A stretch of 64,000 bases of DNA from Sulfurimonadaceae bacterium (GTDB lineage Bacteria; Campylobacterota; Campylobacteria; Campylobacterales; Sulfurimonadaceae), in contig JBFFUI010000001.1 in NCBI GenBank assembly GCA_041571435.1, positions 64,001-128,000 of the forward strand, read 5' to 3'. Below are positions 8,021 through 17,682 of the stretch, one piece after another. Made by a program: the position numbers and the translations under genes. Numbering within the stretch: the stretch's first letter is position 1; each line of letters opens with the position of its first letter. The notes beneath the pieces were generated by a model. That model searched no databases. It saw only the letters and a program-made list of their open reading frames with translations, and was not told the DNA's origin.

Positions 8021-8541
8021 ATGGATTACGAAACCCTTAAAACCGCTCTTTTAAAAGAGGCCAGAAACGCTTTTGAAATAGCATGTACAATGCGCGATAA
8101 TCAGCGTCTTGAGGTCTACCTCAAAAACGGTGAAGCAAAGATGTCAGACTGCATGGAAGAGAGTGAAGAGCTGATATACGGGCCCGACCATATCCTCTGC
8201 TATCAGGTCTATGGCCATGACTACCTTGAAGATGAGATCAAGACCTGGATCGATTACGCACGCGTGATCGAGCAGCCGGAGGATGGTATGCCGATGCCGG
8301 AGCCAACCGACATCGAGAAATCGATCCGCGAACTGATCAACGAGATCGCGCAGAGAAACGGGGTTCCGCCTGAAAGCGTCGTTCGTTCGAGGTCTTTGCA
8401 AACCTTCCGATGGACCTTCTGGGCAGTATTGAGCAGCAGATCATTGAATACTGGTGGAGCGCAAAAGAGGAAGAGAACGGCAAGAAGCTGGCACTCGAAC
8501 AGATCGACGAAGCGATCGGCCTGCCATCCCAGCAGCTGTAA
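8021..8541 (+). pseudogene. Acidic hypothetical protein with a 1-nt frameshift near 8381
   Basis: AAGGA RBS; after ...PPESV the protein-like frame continues at -1 as SFEVFANLPMDLLGSIEQQIIEYWWSAKEEENGKKLALEQIDEAIGLPSQQL*, ending at 8541 just before the plsC stop. Confidence 0.7.
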
Positions 8542-8546
8542 TACCG

Positions 8547-9227
8547 TTACGCTGAAGCTAACGTATTTTTGGCCGCTATCATAGCGTTGCGGCTTGCTTC
8601 GAACCACCCCTCTTTTAGTTCTACGGGCGGCAGGACCTCGACATGAACCACCCCTTTTTTTGAGTGCTTTCTCCCCTCGTTGTAGTAACGTCCGAGCTCT
8701 TTGATGACAATCGGCTGCACCTTGAGACCCAGTTTTTCGGCGACCATCTTTGCACCCGGTTCGAACGCTTTGATCTCGCCATCGAATGAACGTGTGCCTT
8801 CGGGAAAGATCACGACTTTTTTATCCTCTTTTTTACGGACCTCTTTGAGCAGTTTCACACCCGAACGCCGGTCATTTCTATCAATAGTGATATGACCGAT
8901 GATCTCTGTGACCAGGCCGACTGGCCAGCTGTCCATGATCCCCTTGCGCCCGACGAACCGGATGTCAGCCCCAACATATGATTCCAGTATGAAGATGTCC
9001 ATCATGGATTGGTGATTCGCGATTATCAGGTTGGTGTCAGGCGCAAGTTCACCCTCTACCTTATAGTCCAGACCGACACTGGAGAGGACGCGACGGCTGA
9101 TCCATTTCCGTAGACGATCAAGCTTCGATATGTTCTCTCGGTTGAGATATATCAGCATGGCCCCGATGACCATCACAGCATAGGCCATAATGGTACGTAT
9201 ATGAAAAACAGCCTTATCTATCATCAC
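8547..9227 (-). CDS. plsC: 1-acyl-sn-glycerol-3-phosphate acyltransferase, paralogue 2
   Basis: NHQSMMD (HxxxxD), IDR, FPEGTRS. Confidence 0.88.
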   Translation of the reverse strand: MMIDKAVFHIRTIMAYAVMVIGAMLIYLNRENISKLDRLRKWISRRVLSSVGLDYKVEGELAPDTNLIIANHQSMMDIFILESYVGADIRFVGRKGIMDSWPVGLVTEIIGHITIDRNDRRSGVKLLKEVRKKEDKKVVIFPEGTRSFDGEIKAFEPGAKMVAEKLGLKVQPIVIKELGRYYNEGRKHSKKGVVHVEVLPPVELKEGWFEASRNAMIAAKNTLASA

Positions 9228-9288
9228 GCTCTCTCGTCAATTCATTGACGCTATCAATGAAAAGTGCCTTCGATCTCCTTGTTAATTT

Positions 9289-9969
9289 TCAGACGCCCTG
9301 ATACAGCGCCTCTTGCGCCGCTATCATCTTCTGTCGGCTCGTTTCAAGCCACCCCTCCTCAAATTCTACGGGCGGCAGGATCTCAATATGCACTTTGCCT
9401 TTTTTTGAGTGCCGTCGTCTCTCACTGTAATACTGGTCAAGGTCTTTGATGACAACCGGCTGCACCTTCAGTCCCAGTTTTTCGGCGACCAGTTTTGCCC
9501 CGGATTCAAAAGCCTGTATCTTTCCGTTGGGAGAACGTGTCCCCTCCGGAAAAATGACCACTTTTTTTCCTTTTTTCTCCCGGACCTCTTTTAACAGTTT
9601 AACCCCTGCGCGCCTGTCTTCTCTATCGATGGTGATGTGACCGACAGCATCCACAACAAGCCCTACCGGCCAGACATCCATGATTCCTTTGCGTCCGACA
9701 AAACGGATCTCAGGCCCCACAAACGACTCAAGTAAAAAGATGTCGATCATAGATTGGTGGTTGGCAATAATAAGGTCGGTGTCTTCATCCAGGTGACCTT
9801 TAAGTTCATAAGTCAAACCGACCCCGCGCAATACGTTTCGGCTGATCCACATGCGCCATCTGTCGGTCTTGCTTTTGTCATTTTTAAAGATATCAACAGC
9901 CGTTGAACCGACTGCAATCGCCAAATGGGCTAAAAAGGTGCGAATACGGAATATAATACTATCGATCAT
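9289..9969 (-). CDS. plsC: 1-acyl-sn-glycerol-3-phosphate acyltransferase, paralogue 1
   Basis: NHQSMID, FPEGTRS; same length as and colinear with its neighbour. Confidence 0.88.
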   Translation of the reverse strand: MIDSIIFRIRTFLAHLAIAVGSTAVDIFKNDKSKTDRWRMWISRNVLRGVGLTYELKGHLDEDTDLIIANHQSMIDIFLLESFVGPEIRFVGRKGIMDVWPVGLVVDAVGHITIDREDRRAGVKLLKEVREKKGKKVVIFPEGTRSPNGKIQAFESGAKLVAEKLGLKVQPVVIKDLDQYYSERRRHSKKGKVHIEILPPVEFEEGWLETSRQKMIAAQEALYQGV

Positions 9970-10133
9970 TGCTCAACTTCTATATTTAACAGATATATAA
10001 TCTTACTAAAAATTGATTTTTTTTTCCTTGTAATCTGCGAGTAACCCTTCTGTAATAGAATGTTACAGCTATTTGTTAGTCATACATCTGTATACTAAAA
10101 AACATTTTCACACCAAAAATAAGGTCTATTTCA

Positions 10134-10577
10134 ATGCAACACTATTCATACACTTCCAGTCGCGGCGCTTTCTCTCTGATGGAGCTTATGATCGTTATTA
10201 TCATTCTCGGTCTTTTGGCATCACTGGTACTTCCAAACCTCATGGGAACGGCGGAGAAGGCAAAACGTGATCTTGTCTGTATCCAGATGAAAGGTGTAGG
10301 TGAGGTACTTGATCGTTTCAAACTCGATAACGGCGTCTACCCGTCAACGGAAGAGGGGCTTCATGCTTTGATCGAAAACCCTAGCGAAGAGAAATATCCG
10401 GACTACGATAATCATGGCTATGTCGCCAAGAAGAACCTGCCGAAAGATTCGTGGAAAAATGAATTTGTCTACATCAATATGGGCAGTACGATCGACCTGA
10501 TCTCTCTCGGTGCCGACCGCAAAGAGGGCGGTGAAGATGATGCAAGCGACATCCGCTTCAGTGAGTGTAAGTTCTAA
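10134..10577 (+). CDS. gspG: T2SS major pseudopilin
   Basis: AFSLMELMIVIIILGLLA prepilin motif; LDNGVYPSTEEGL, PKDSW, SLGADRKEGG. Confidence 0.93.
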   Translation: MQHYSYTSSRGAFSLMELMIVIIILGLLASLVLPNLMGTAEKAKRDLVCIQMKGVGEVLDRFKLDNGVYPSTEEGLHALIENPSEEKYPDYDNHGYVAKKNLPKDSWKNEFVYINMGSTIDLISLGADRKEGGEDDASDIRFSECKF

Positions 10578-10585
10578 ACCCGGCC

Positions 10586-11110
10586 ATGCGGAAAAAGGCA
10601 TTCACCCTCATTGAGTTGCTGCTTGTTGTAGTGATCATAGGTGTTGTCTACGGTCTGGTGATCAATTCGATAAAGCATATCAACGACAAAGAGGCTGCTC
10701 TCGATTTTGAGACACTCCCCTCTTTTTTGAAGACCTTTCATCAGCGCAACGATGTCGCTTTCGTATGTATCGACAACTGCCAGCAATGTGCCGTCTATGT
10801 GGATGGCGAACAGCTAAAAGAGGTTGATGCCTTTATGAAAGATGAGCGAATGCTTCGGTTTTGGCGTTTTGATGCCAACCTGGGCATGCAGGAGCTTCGG
10901 TTTACTCCGATGTTCGATGCAGACGACAGAGCGTTTGATGTCTGTTTAAAATATGAGATTTTTAAAGACGGGAGCAGTTCAGAGATGGTCATAGAGACAC
11001 AACAAGAGAGTTACGACTATCGTGGCCTGAACCATAAAGTCGACCGCTACTCTTCGCTCCAGACACTCGAAAGCAGTCGCCAGGATGAGCTTCAGGAGGT
11101 GTTGCAATGA
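10586..11110 (+). CDS. Minor pseudopilin (GspH-like)
   Basis: KKAFTLIELLLVVVII prepilin motif; directly follows gspG. Confidence 0.75.
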   Translation: MRKKAFTLIELLLVVVIIGVVYGLVINSIKHINDKEAALDFETLPSFLKTFHQRNDVAFVCIDNCQQCAVYVDGEQLKEVDAFMKDERMLRFWRFDANLGMQELRFTPMFDADDRAFDVCLKYEIFKDGSSSEMVIETQQESYDYRGLNHKVDRYSSLQTLESSRQDELQEVLQ

Positions 11111-12321
11111 TTTTTGCATACAAAGGCATCAATACTGAAGGCAAAAAAGTCAAGGACAAACTTGAAGCCACCTCGCTTGAAGAAGCTAAAAGCAAACTCA
11201 AAGCCCAGGGGATCATCTACAAATACATTGAGGAGGAGTCCCCTTCTCTTTTTAGCGGCATAAACTTCAGCCGACGCTACCGCATTTCGCCCAATGAACT
11301 CTCTCAACTCAGCCGTGAGCTCGCGATGTATATCCGCTCCGGGATCAGTATCGTCGGTGCGCTCAAGATCATCCAAAACCAGTACCTCCACAAAAAGAAG
11401 CTCTACCTCTTTTTAAAGACCGTCAGTACCTATCTTGACGAGGGGAAAAACTTCTACGCCGCTCTGGATGAGCAGAAGATCGTTATTCTTCCGGAGTTTT
11501 ACACGCAGTCCATCCGGGTCAGCGAGTCCAGCGGTATTTTAGACGAGGTGCTGCTGGAGCTCTCACGCTTTCTTAAAGAGCAAGACCGCATCTCCAAAGA
11601 GATCAAGTCCGCCTTTGCCTACCCCTCGTTCATGATCCTGATCTCACTCTTTATGGTCGGGTTTATGCTCGCCTTTGTCGTACCGCAGATCACGGGGATC
11701 TTTGAAAGCATGGATCAGAAACTTCCCGCTGCCACCCGGTTTGTGATCGCCGCGGGCGACTTTTTCAGCAACCACTATGCTGCAATCGGTGTCGTGATCG
11801 TGCTGCTTTTCGGTGCGCACTCTTTGATGATGAACTATATTGCCGGCTACAAATATGCCGTACATTCTCTACTTTTGCGTATGCCTCTGTTCGGCAAAGT
11901 TGCCCTTAAAAGCGAGCTGGCGCGATTCTCCTATGTCGGCTCCCTGCTTGTCCGATCCGGTGTCCCTTTTGTACAGACGATCAACCTCTCTGCTAACATC
12001 CTGAACAATGCCGTTTTGCGTCGTGTCTTCCTTGAGGCCTCCAAAAAAGTTGTTGAGGGAAAACGTCTTTCCAATGCACTCAATGAATCCTCTTACACCC
12101 TGGATCCTTCATTTTTACAAGCCATTGCCGTAGGAGAGGAGACCTCTCAGATAGAGCCCGTTTTGATCAACATCTCCGAACTCTATTTTGAAGACAATCG
12201 CGACAAGATCGGTCTCATCCTGAGTCTTCTTGAACCGATGCTGATGCTCTTTGTCGGCGGTACCATCGGCTTTATCGTCGCGGCAATGCTGCTGCCGATC
12301 TTCTCGATGAGTATTTCATGA
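11107..12321 (+). CDS. gspF: T2SS inner membrane platform protein
   Basis: Two T2SSF domains: ESSGIL, AFAYP, VVPQI, GEET, LLEPMLM, LLPIF. Confidence 0.93.
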   Translation: MIFAYKGINTEGKKVKDKLEATSLEEAKSKLKAQGIIYKYIEEESPSLFSGINFSRRYRISPNELSQLSRELAMYIRSGISIVGALKIIQNQYLHKKKLYLFLKTVSTYLDEGKNFYAALDEQKIVILPEFYTQSIRVSESSGILDEVLLELSRFLKEQDRISKEIKSAFAYPSFMILISLFMVGFMLAFVVPQITGIFESMDQKLPAATRFVIAAGDFFSNHYAAIGVVIVLLFGAHSLMMNYIAGYKYAVHSLLLRMPLFGKVALKSELARFSYVGSLLVRSGVPFVQTINLSANILNNAVLRRVFLEASKKVVEGKRLSNALNESSYTLDPSFLQAIAVGEETSQIEPVLINISELYFEDNRDKIGLILSLLEPMLMLFVGGTIGFIVAAMLLPIFSMSIS

Positions 12322-13220
12322 TACCGTTGCAGCATCGTCATGGGATCGCCTTGCTGATCACCCTCTTTTTCATCATCGCGATCACTGCTGCAGTCGGTAT
12401 CAGTCTGATGAACCTGAAACAGAGCGGCGAAGAGCTTCGAGAAGCCCGTTTCCTGCTTCAGAGCGGTGCCGTCGTCGAAGATGTCCTCTCGCTGATGAAA
12501 GAAGCGGACAAGCTCGGTACGGTGAGCGACGCCGAAAGTCTCAATATCTTTTTATCCACAGCCGGATTTATACCGCTGGAATTAAAAGAACTTTTGGTTA
12601 AAATAGAGATAACAAGTGCGATGGGACGTATCAATATCAACACACTGGCGGCTTCTAAAGAGTTCCAGCATGCGCTGATAGAGTATATGGACCGTTTTAA
12701 TGTTCAAGATGCCAACTACATGAGCGACCTTTTGATCGACTGCATGGGTGGGCATAAAGATGTCTACAAAACCGATATTTTTGATGAGATGCCGGAGCTT
12801 TACCGTGAACGTATTGTCTCAAAAAGACATCTGAACAAGATCCTGGGCTTCTATGTCCGTGAACGTCACGACAATGCCGTTGTCAAGCTCCCTTGGGACG
12901 CATTGATCCGCTATGATGACAGTAATGTCACAACCGTTGACGTGAACTACATCACGCCGGCCCTTTGGCAGATGTATCTTCCCGGCCTGGATGAGGAACG
13001 GGCTGTTGATCTGGCATCGGGCGGAGGAGCATACAACACACTTGACGATATCGGCCTCTCTGCTGACGATAAGGCACAGCTCGCCAAGTTCGGCCTGAGC
13101 TTTTTTCAACCGGTCGTCCGCATGGATGTCGAGGTCCTGGAGAACAATAGCAGCGCTCATATAGCATTTGACTACGATTTAAGCACTAAAAAGGGTAGAC
13201 ATTTTGAATTTGGGATTTAG
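12318..13220 (+). CDS. gspK: Minor pseudopilin GspK-like
   Basis: HGIALLITL (G-IAL, no E5), GRININ, VDVN motifs. Confidence 0.75.
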   Translation: MIPLQHRHGIALLITLFFIIAITAAVGISLMNLKQSGEELREARFLLQSGAVVEDVLSLMKEADKLGTVSDAESLNIFLSTAGFIPLELKELLVKIEITSAMGRININTLAASKEFQHALIEYMDRFNVQDANYMSDLLIDCMGGHKDVYKTDIFDEMPELYRERIVSKRHLNKILGFYVRERHDNAVVKLPWDALIRYDDSNVTTVDVNYITPALWQMYLPGLDEERAVDLASGGGAYNTLDDIGLSADDKAQLAKFGLSFFQPVVRMDVEVLENNSSAHIAFDYDLSTKKGRHFEFGI

Positions 13221-14133
13221 ATCTAAGGCCAAAGCCTTTTTTGTCGATGTCGACTCCCCGGCCTACCTTTTAGAGGCACCGGTCAATATTATCCTTTCGC
13301 CCTCTATGTATTGGGTCAAACGCGTAACGCTTCCGGTCAAGTACCTGCGTGAGGTCCGAAGCCTCATCCCCTCTCTTTTCGAGGAGAACCTCCCGGAGGG
13401 AAAATACAGCTACAGCACCTACAAAGACGGTGACAGCTTTCTGATCTTTGCCTACAACGACAAAGAGGTGCTTGACCTTGTTGCCGAAAAAGGGATCACC
13501 GCAGCCAATATTGACAATGTCTATTTTGCACAGAGCGAGTTCGACACGATCGACACGCCACTCAAGATCGATGCGAAGAGTGTCTTAAGTCTGCAAGACG
13601 GTGTTGTCGTCAAACTGCCCGCCGCTTTGGCACCTGACGCCATTGCAATGAACCTGGATGGCCACACCTTTTCAAAACATACCATTCATCTCACCCGCTT
13701 TAACCAGATCGCGGACAAAAAGTCGCAAAAGGTCTTCGGCTCTATCCTGACAGTTCTGATCCTAATGTTTACGACCGAATGGCTTATCACCGCGTCGAAA
13801 GTCTCAGCGATCATTGAGAAACAGGGCGAAGTCTTCAGCAACCATAACCTTCCTGCGACCTCATTTCAAAATGAGGCGATCCATGCCAAGCTGAATACAA
13901 CGTTCGAAAGACAGAGCCGTATCCGGGATATCGTCAACCTTGTGCTGACACTCAAGCTTAAGCCCGAAGAGCAGTTAGAACGTATTGCTATGGAGAGAAA
14001 CCGCATGATCATTGAGCTCCGGACCGAGTCTGAAGCGACAGGGTCAAAAACCCTATCCAGCCTCAAAAGAGAGTTTAAACGCACCGATGGCCGTTTTGAG
14101 AACGGGATCTACACCATGGAGATACAGTTATGA
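13204..14133 (+). CDS. T2SS GspL-like protein
   Basis: Cytoplasmic N-domain, one TM, periplasmic C-domain; position in operon. Confidence 0.55.
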   Translation: MNLGFRSKAKAFFVDVDSPAYLLEAPVNIILSPSMYWVKRVTLPVKYLREVRSLIPSLFEENLPEGKYSYSTYKDGDSFLIFAYNDKEVLDLVAEKGITAANIDNVYFAQSEFDTIDTPLKIDAKSVLSLQDGVVVKLPAALAPDAIAMNLDGHTFSKHTIHLTRFNQIADKKSQKVFGSILTVLILMFTTEWLITASKVSAIIEKQGEVFSNHNLPATSFQNEAIHAKLNTTFERQSRIRDIVNLVLTLKLKPEEQLERIAMERNRMIIELRTESEATGSKTLSSLKREFKRTDGRFENGIYTMEIQL

Positions 14134-14534
14134 AGATCAATCCGCTCTACATAGGAATGCTCCTGGTCGTTGCCCTTCTCTTTGTGGTCTACCAGCTTCA
14201 TGGAAGCAAGACGCAGCTGCGTGAAAGCAAACAGAGCCTGATTAAAGTCGAAGCGATGGCAGAAGAGATCGATGCCCTGAAACGTGCCTGGGACAACCCG
14301 AAGACAACGACTGCGGCATTGCAGAGACTCTTGAAAGCACCGCAGCTCAAATCAGCCAATATCCAGCAGACAAAAAAGCAGGGGTTGATCATCTTAAAGT
14401 CAAAAAAAGCGAATTTTAAAGCGGCCGACTACTTCTTCGCAAAACTTTTCAATGGCGCGTACATTTTACAAAAATTTGAGATCAAGCGTCTGGATGATGA
14501 GTCGCTCAGCTTTCATGTGGAGATCCGTTCATGA
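14130..14534 (+). CDS. T2SS GspM-like protein
   Basis: N-terminal TM plus coiled coil; position after the L-like gene. Confidence 0.5.
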   Translation: MKINPLYIGMLLVVALLFVVYQLHGSKTQLRESKQSLIKVEAMAEEIDALKRAWDNPKTTTAALQRLLKAPQLKSANIQQTKKQGLIILKSKKANFKAADYFFAKLFNGAYILQKFEIKRLDDESLSFHVEIRS

Positions 14535-15061
14535 AAAAAATAGCCCTCTTCCTTTTCTACACCGTTCTCTTTTTTGGTGCTCTGCTCTTTTTTACCCCAA
14601 AAGAGAACCTCTATTATTTTGCAGAGGAGCAGATCAAACCGCTCGGTGTCGTTATCGGCTACGAAGAGACCGTGGACCACGGTTTTACCCTTGAGATACT
14701 CCATCCTAAGCTCTATGTACAGAAGATCAAGAGTGCTGACATCGGCTCCATCAGCGTTGCTATTTTCGGGTTTTATAATGCGATATCAGTCAACAATGTT
14801 GTTTTGGACAAGACCTTTGAGCAGTTTTTTCCGCCGCTCATCAAACAGATCGATATGGACAACACGCTCTTCTCCCCCCTTCAATTTAATGCAGAAGCCG
14901 TCGGTGACTTTGGTGAAGCCAAGGCGACTGTCGACCTGCTTGAGCGCAGTGCGAAAATCATTGTGAAGCCGTCGAAGCTGATGCTGTCACAGTATAAAAA
15001 CACGCTGCGTCAGCTTAAAAAATCCAAAGAGGGGGACTACTATTATGAATATAAATTTTAA
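14531..15061 (+). CDS. T2SS GspN-like protein
   Basis: N-terminal TM ending FFTP; beta-rich periplasmic domain; position in operon. Confidence 0.5.
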   Translation: MKKIALFLFYTVLFFGALLFFTPKENLYYFAEEQIKPLGVVIGYEETVDHGFTLEILHPKLYVQKIKSADIGSISVAIFGFYNAISVNNVVLDKTFEQFFPPLIKQIDMDNTLFSPLQFNAEAVGDFGEAKATVDLLERSAKIIVKPSKLMLSQYKNTLRQLKKSKEGDYYYEYKF

Positions 15062-15893
15062 CCCCTCTGTGGTACGTTTTGTACGTAATGTACTGATTAT
15101 TGTCATGGTGGCAAAAGTCCTCTCTCTTCTCCTATTATGGCTCTTTCAGAGCGAAGGTGTCCACTACCATGCGAACAGCTCCAAACTGCCGGCATACAAA
15201 CGTTACGGTGTCCAAAATATCATAAAACCGACCCAGGCGCCTGACCCGATAACGGCTAAAGGGCCGCTCAGTGACGAGGAGATTGAACTGGCAGCCTATG
15301 GACCGAACATCTCAAGCATGGTGCTGAAAGCTCTTTTCAAGCGCAAAGACGGCGGTCTCATCATCATCGCACTGAAAGCAAAGCCGAATGACTCCGAAGT
15401 CATCGGGATCGATGAAACGTTTCAAGGCTACACCCTTAAAAAGATCGTCGAAAACGGTGCGATCTTCAGTAAAAACGGAGAGACCTTCAGCCTCTACTTC
15501 TCTGACGAACAGCGGCAAGAGAGCCGAACACCAAAACCTGGCAGCAGTAACATGTTAACTTCGGGTAGCGACGACGGCATTAAACAGGTTGCCAAAACAG
15601 ACATCAACCGCTACGCAAAAGATGTGAATCAGATCTGGAAAGAGATCGGTATCACCGAGGTAAAAAAGAACGGCAAGATCACAGGGTTCAAAGTCACACG
15701 GATACAGCCTAACACCCCCTTTGCCCAGCTTGGTTTACGTCAAGGCGATATAATCATTAAAGCCAACAACCAGCCGTTGACATCATACAAGGATGCCATC
15801 GCGATCTATAAAAGGATCGATGAACTCGACGCTGTCGAACTAATCGTCCTACGCAACAATCAAGAAACGGAGATCATCTATGAAATACATTAA
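15045..15893 (+). CDS. gspC: T2SS protein C with PDZ domain
   Basis: TM, HR-like domain, C-terminal PDZ (GFKV..PNTPFAQLGLRQGDII..N). Confidence 0.8.
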   Translation: MNINFNPSVVRFVRNVLIIVMVAKVLSLLLLWLFQSEGVHYHANSSKLPAYKRYGVQNIIKPTQAPDPITAKGPLSDEEIELAAYGPNISSMVLKALFKRKDGGLIIIALKAKPNDSEVIGIDETFQGYTLKKIVENGAIFSKNGETFSLYFSDEQRQESRTPKPGSSNMLTSGSDDGIKQVAKTDINRYAKDVNQIWKEIGITEVKKNGKITGFKVTRIQPNTPFAQLGLRQGDIIIKANNQPLTSYKDAIAIYKRIDELDAVELIVLRNNQETEIIYEIH

Positions 15894-17682
15894 ACTACTA
15901 TTGCTTCTGACCTTTTTGCTCACGTCCAGCCTCGATGCCAGAGAAAAGGTCAATATCAAATTTGACAACCTGCAGATCGACAAATTTATCCAGCTCGTTG
16001 CCAAGCTCAGCAATAAGAACATCCTTATCACCAACAAGATCAACGGTACTGTCGACCTTGTAACCGCAGCGCCTGTCTATGATGATGAACTGATGGGTAT
16101 TCTGATCTCTGTCCTGGAGTCTAAAGGGTTCACACTCGTCAAAAACGGCTCGATCTATGAGGTCGTACGTTCGACTGAAGCGGCAAAGCACAATGTCCCT
16201 ATTGTCCGTTCAGGTTATATCGCACGCGGGCATACTATGGTGACGCAGGCGATCAAGGTCGAAGGAGAGAATGTCGATATCGTTGCCGCCAAAGTGCGCT
16301 ACCTTATCTCAAAGACAGCCAAGCTGATGACGATGAAAGAGTCCAACACTCTTCTACTCACAGACTATCCAGCCAATATTCAGACCATCAAACGTATTAT
16401 CAAAGATATCGATACCAAGAACGAGAAAGATATCAAGATCGTCCATGTCGAACATGCCGACTTGAAACAGCTGCACGCCCAGATCAGCGAGATCGCCAAA
16501 TCGATCTTTAATGAAAAAGTCTCGACCCAAGGTGTTAAAGTCCTGCAGAACAAGGATGTCAATGGCCTTATCCTCATCGGAAACAAAAAACAGATCGATG
16601 AGCTTGCCGGCGTGATTGCTACCCTGGACAATGAGCAGAACCTGAACGAAGTCGTTCAGATCATTCCGCTTAAAAACTCGGATGTCAAAAATGTCCTGGC
16701 CAGTCTGAACGAGATCATTACCAAACAGACCTTTGCTGACCCGAGCATGAAGCCCAACGTCTCGGCCAACGAAGAGATCAATGCGATGATTCTTGTGGGA
16801 AATCCTACCATACTTAAAGGCCTGATCAAGATCATCGATACCCTTGATAAAGAGAAGTACCAGGTCTATGTTCAGGCACGGATCGTTGAGATCAATAAGA
16901 ACAGTGCCGAACAGATCGGTCTCAAATACTCGCTTGCAGGCATTACCTCTACCGCGTCAGGACTGCTTGCCTTCAGCGGTAACTTCGGTGGCTCGAGTTC
17001 CATTATCGAATCAGCGCTTGCTATTGTCGGAAATGATGCCATCAACGGCGGTTTGGCCATCGGAGCCTCTTTGGACTTCCTGCAGACAAAAGGGGCGTCA
17101 AAGACTATTTCAAGCCCATCGATACTCTGTGTCAACAACCAGGAGTCCTCGATCTATGTCGGTAAGACCCTCTCGTTCCAAACTGGCTCAACTACAGGCG
17201 CGGCCGGTACAACCAACGCCTTTAAACGCGAGGATGTCGGTTTGACCCTCAAGATCAAACCAAGGGTTTCATCATTAGACAAAGTCACCCTTGACGCAGA
17301 GACCATCCTAGAAAACGTTCTGCCGGTCACAGACACCAATGCCCAACCGGTAACGACGAAACAGACGGTACTGACACAGGCCATCTTGCGCCACGGTGAA
17401 AGCATCATCATCGGCGGGCTTGTTAAAAACTACAGCACCGACCTCGAGACAAAAGTGCCTATCCTTGGCTATATCCCTCTGCTTGGCTGGTTCTTTACCC
17501 ATATTGATACCCAGGAGCAGCAAGACAACCTTATCGTCATCCTAACACCCTACATCATCGATAAAAGTGAAAAGCTCTCCCGTCTTCAGCAGGAACTCGG
17601 TGAGCTGAGCCGACTTCAAGCACAATACAATAGAGAGGTCTTTGAAAAGATTGAGCAGAAAGCTACAGAGGAGAAGAAGTAA
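15880..17682 (+). CDS. gspD: T2SS secretin
   Basis: N0/N repeats, QVYVQARIVE, DVGLTLKIKP, IIIGGL, KVPILGYIPLLGWFF, ILTPYI. Confidence 0.95.
   Translation: MKYIKLLLLLTFLLTSSLDAREKVNIKFDNLQIDKFIQLVAKLSNKNILITNKINGTVDLVTAAPVYDDELMGILISVLESKGFTLVKNGSIYEVVRSTEAAKHNVPIVRSGYIARGHTMVTQAIKVEGENVDIVAAKVRYLISKTAKLMTMKESNTLLLTDYPANIQTIKRIIKDIDTKNEKDIKIVHVEHADLKQLHAQISEIAKSIFNEKVSTQGVKVLQNKDVNGLILIGNKKQIDELAGVIATLDNEQNLNEVVQIIPLKNSDVKNVLASLNEIITKQTFADPSMKPNVSANEEINAMILVGNPTILKGLIKIIDTLDKEKYQVYVQARIVEINKNSAEQIGLKYSLAGITSTASGLLAFSGNFGGSSSIIESALAIVGNDAINGGLAIGASLDFLQTKGASKTISSPSILCVNNQESSIYVGKTLSFQTGSTTGAAGTTNAFKREDVGLTLKIKPRVSSLDKVTLDAETILENVLPVTDTNAQPVTTKQTVLTQAILRHGESIIIGGLVKNYSTDLETKVPILGYIPLLGWFFTHIDTQEQQDNLIVILTPYIIDKSEKLSRLQQELGELSRLQAQYNREVFEKIEQKATEEKK

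Noticed and set aside
7719-8021. ORFs 7719..8021(-) and 7779..8000(+) as intact genes
   Set aside because: Each is a chimera across the junction near 7850; only their C-terminal halves look like real coding sequence
8381-8584. C-terminus of the 187-aa ORF as listed
   Set aside because: Out-of-frame read-through overlapping plsC; the -1 frame is the protein-like one
10134-10640. Ala rather than Gly before the prepilin cleavage site
   Set aside because: A-F prepilin motifs are common in Campylobacterota
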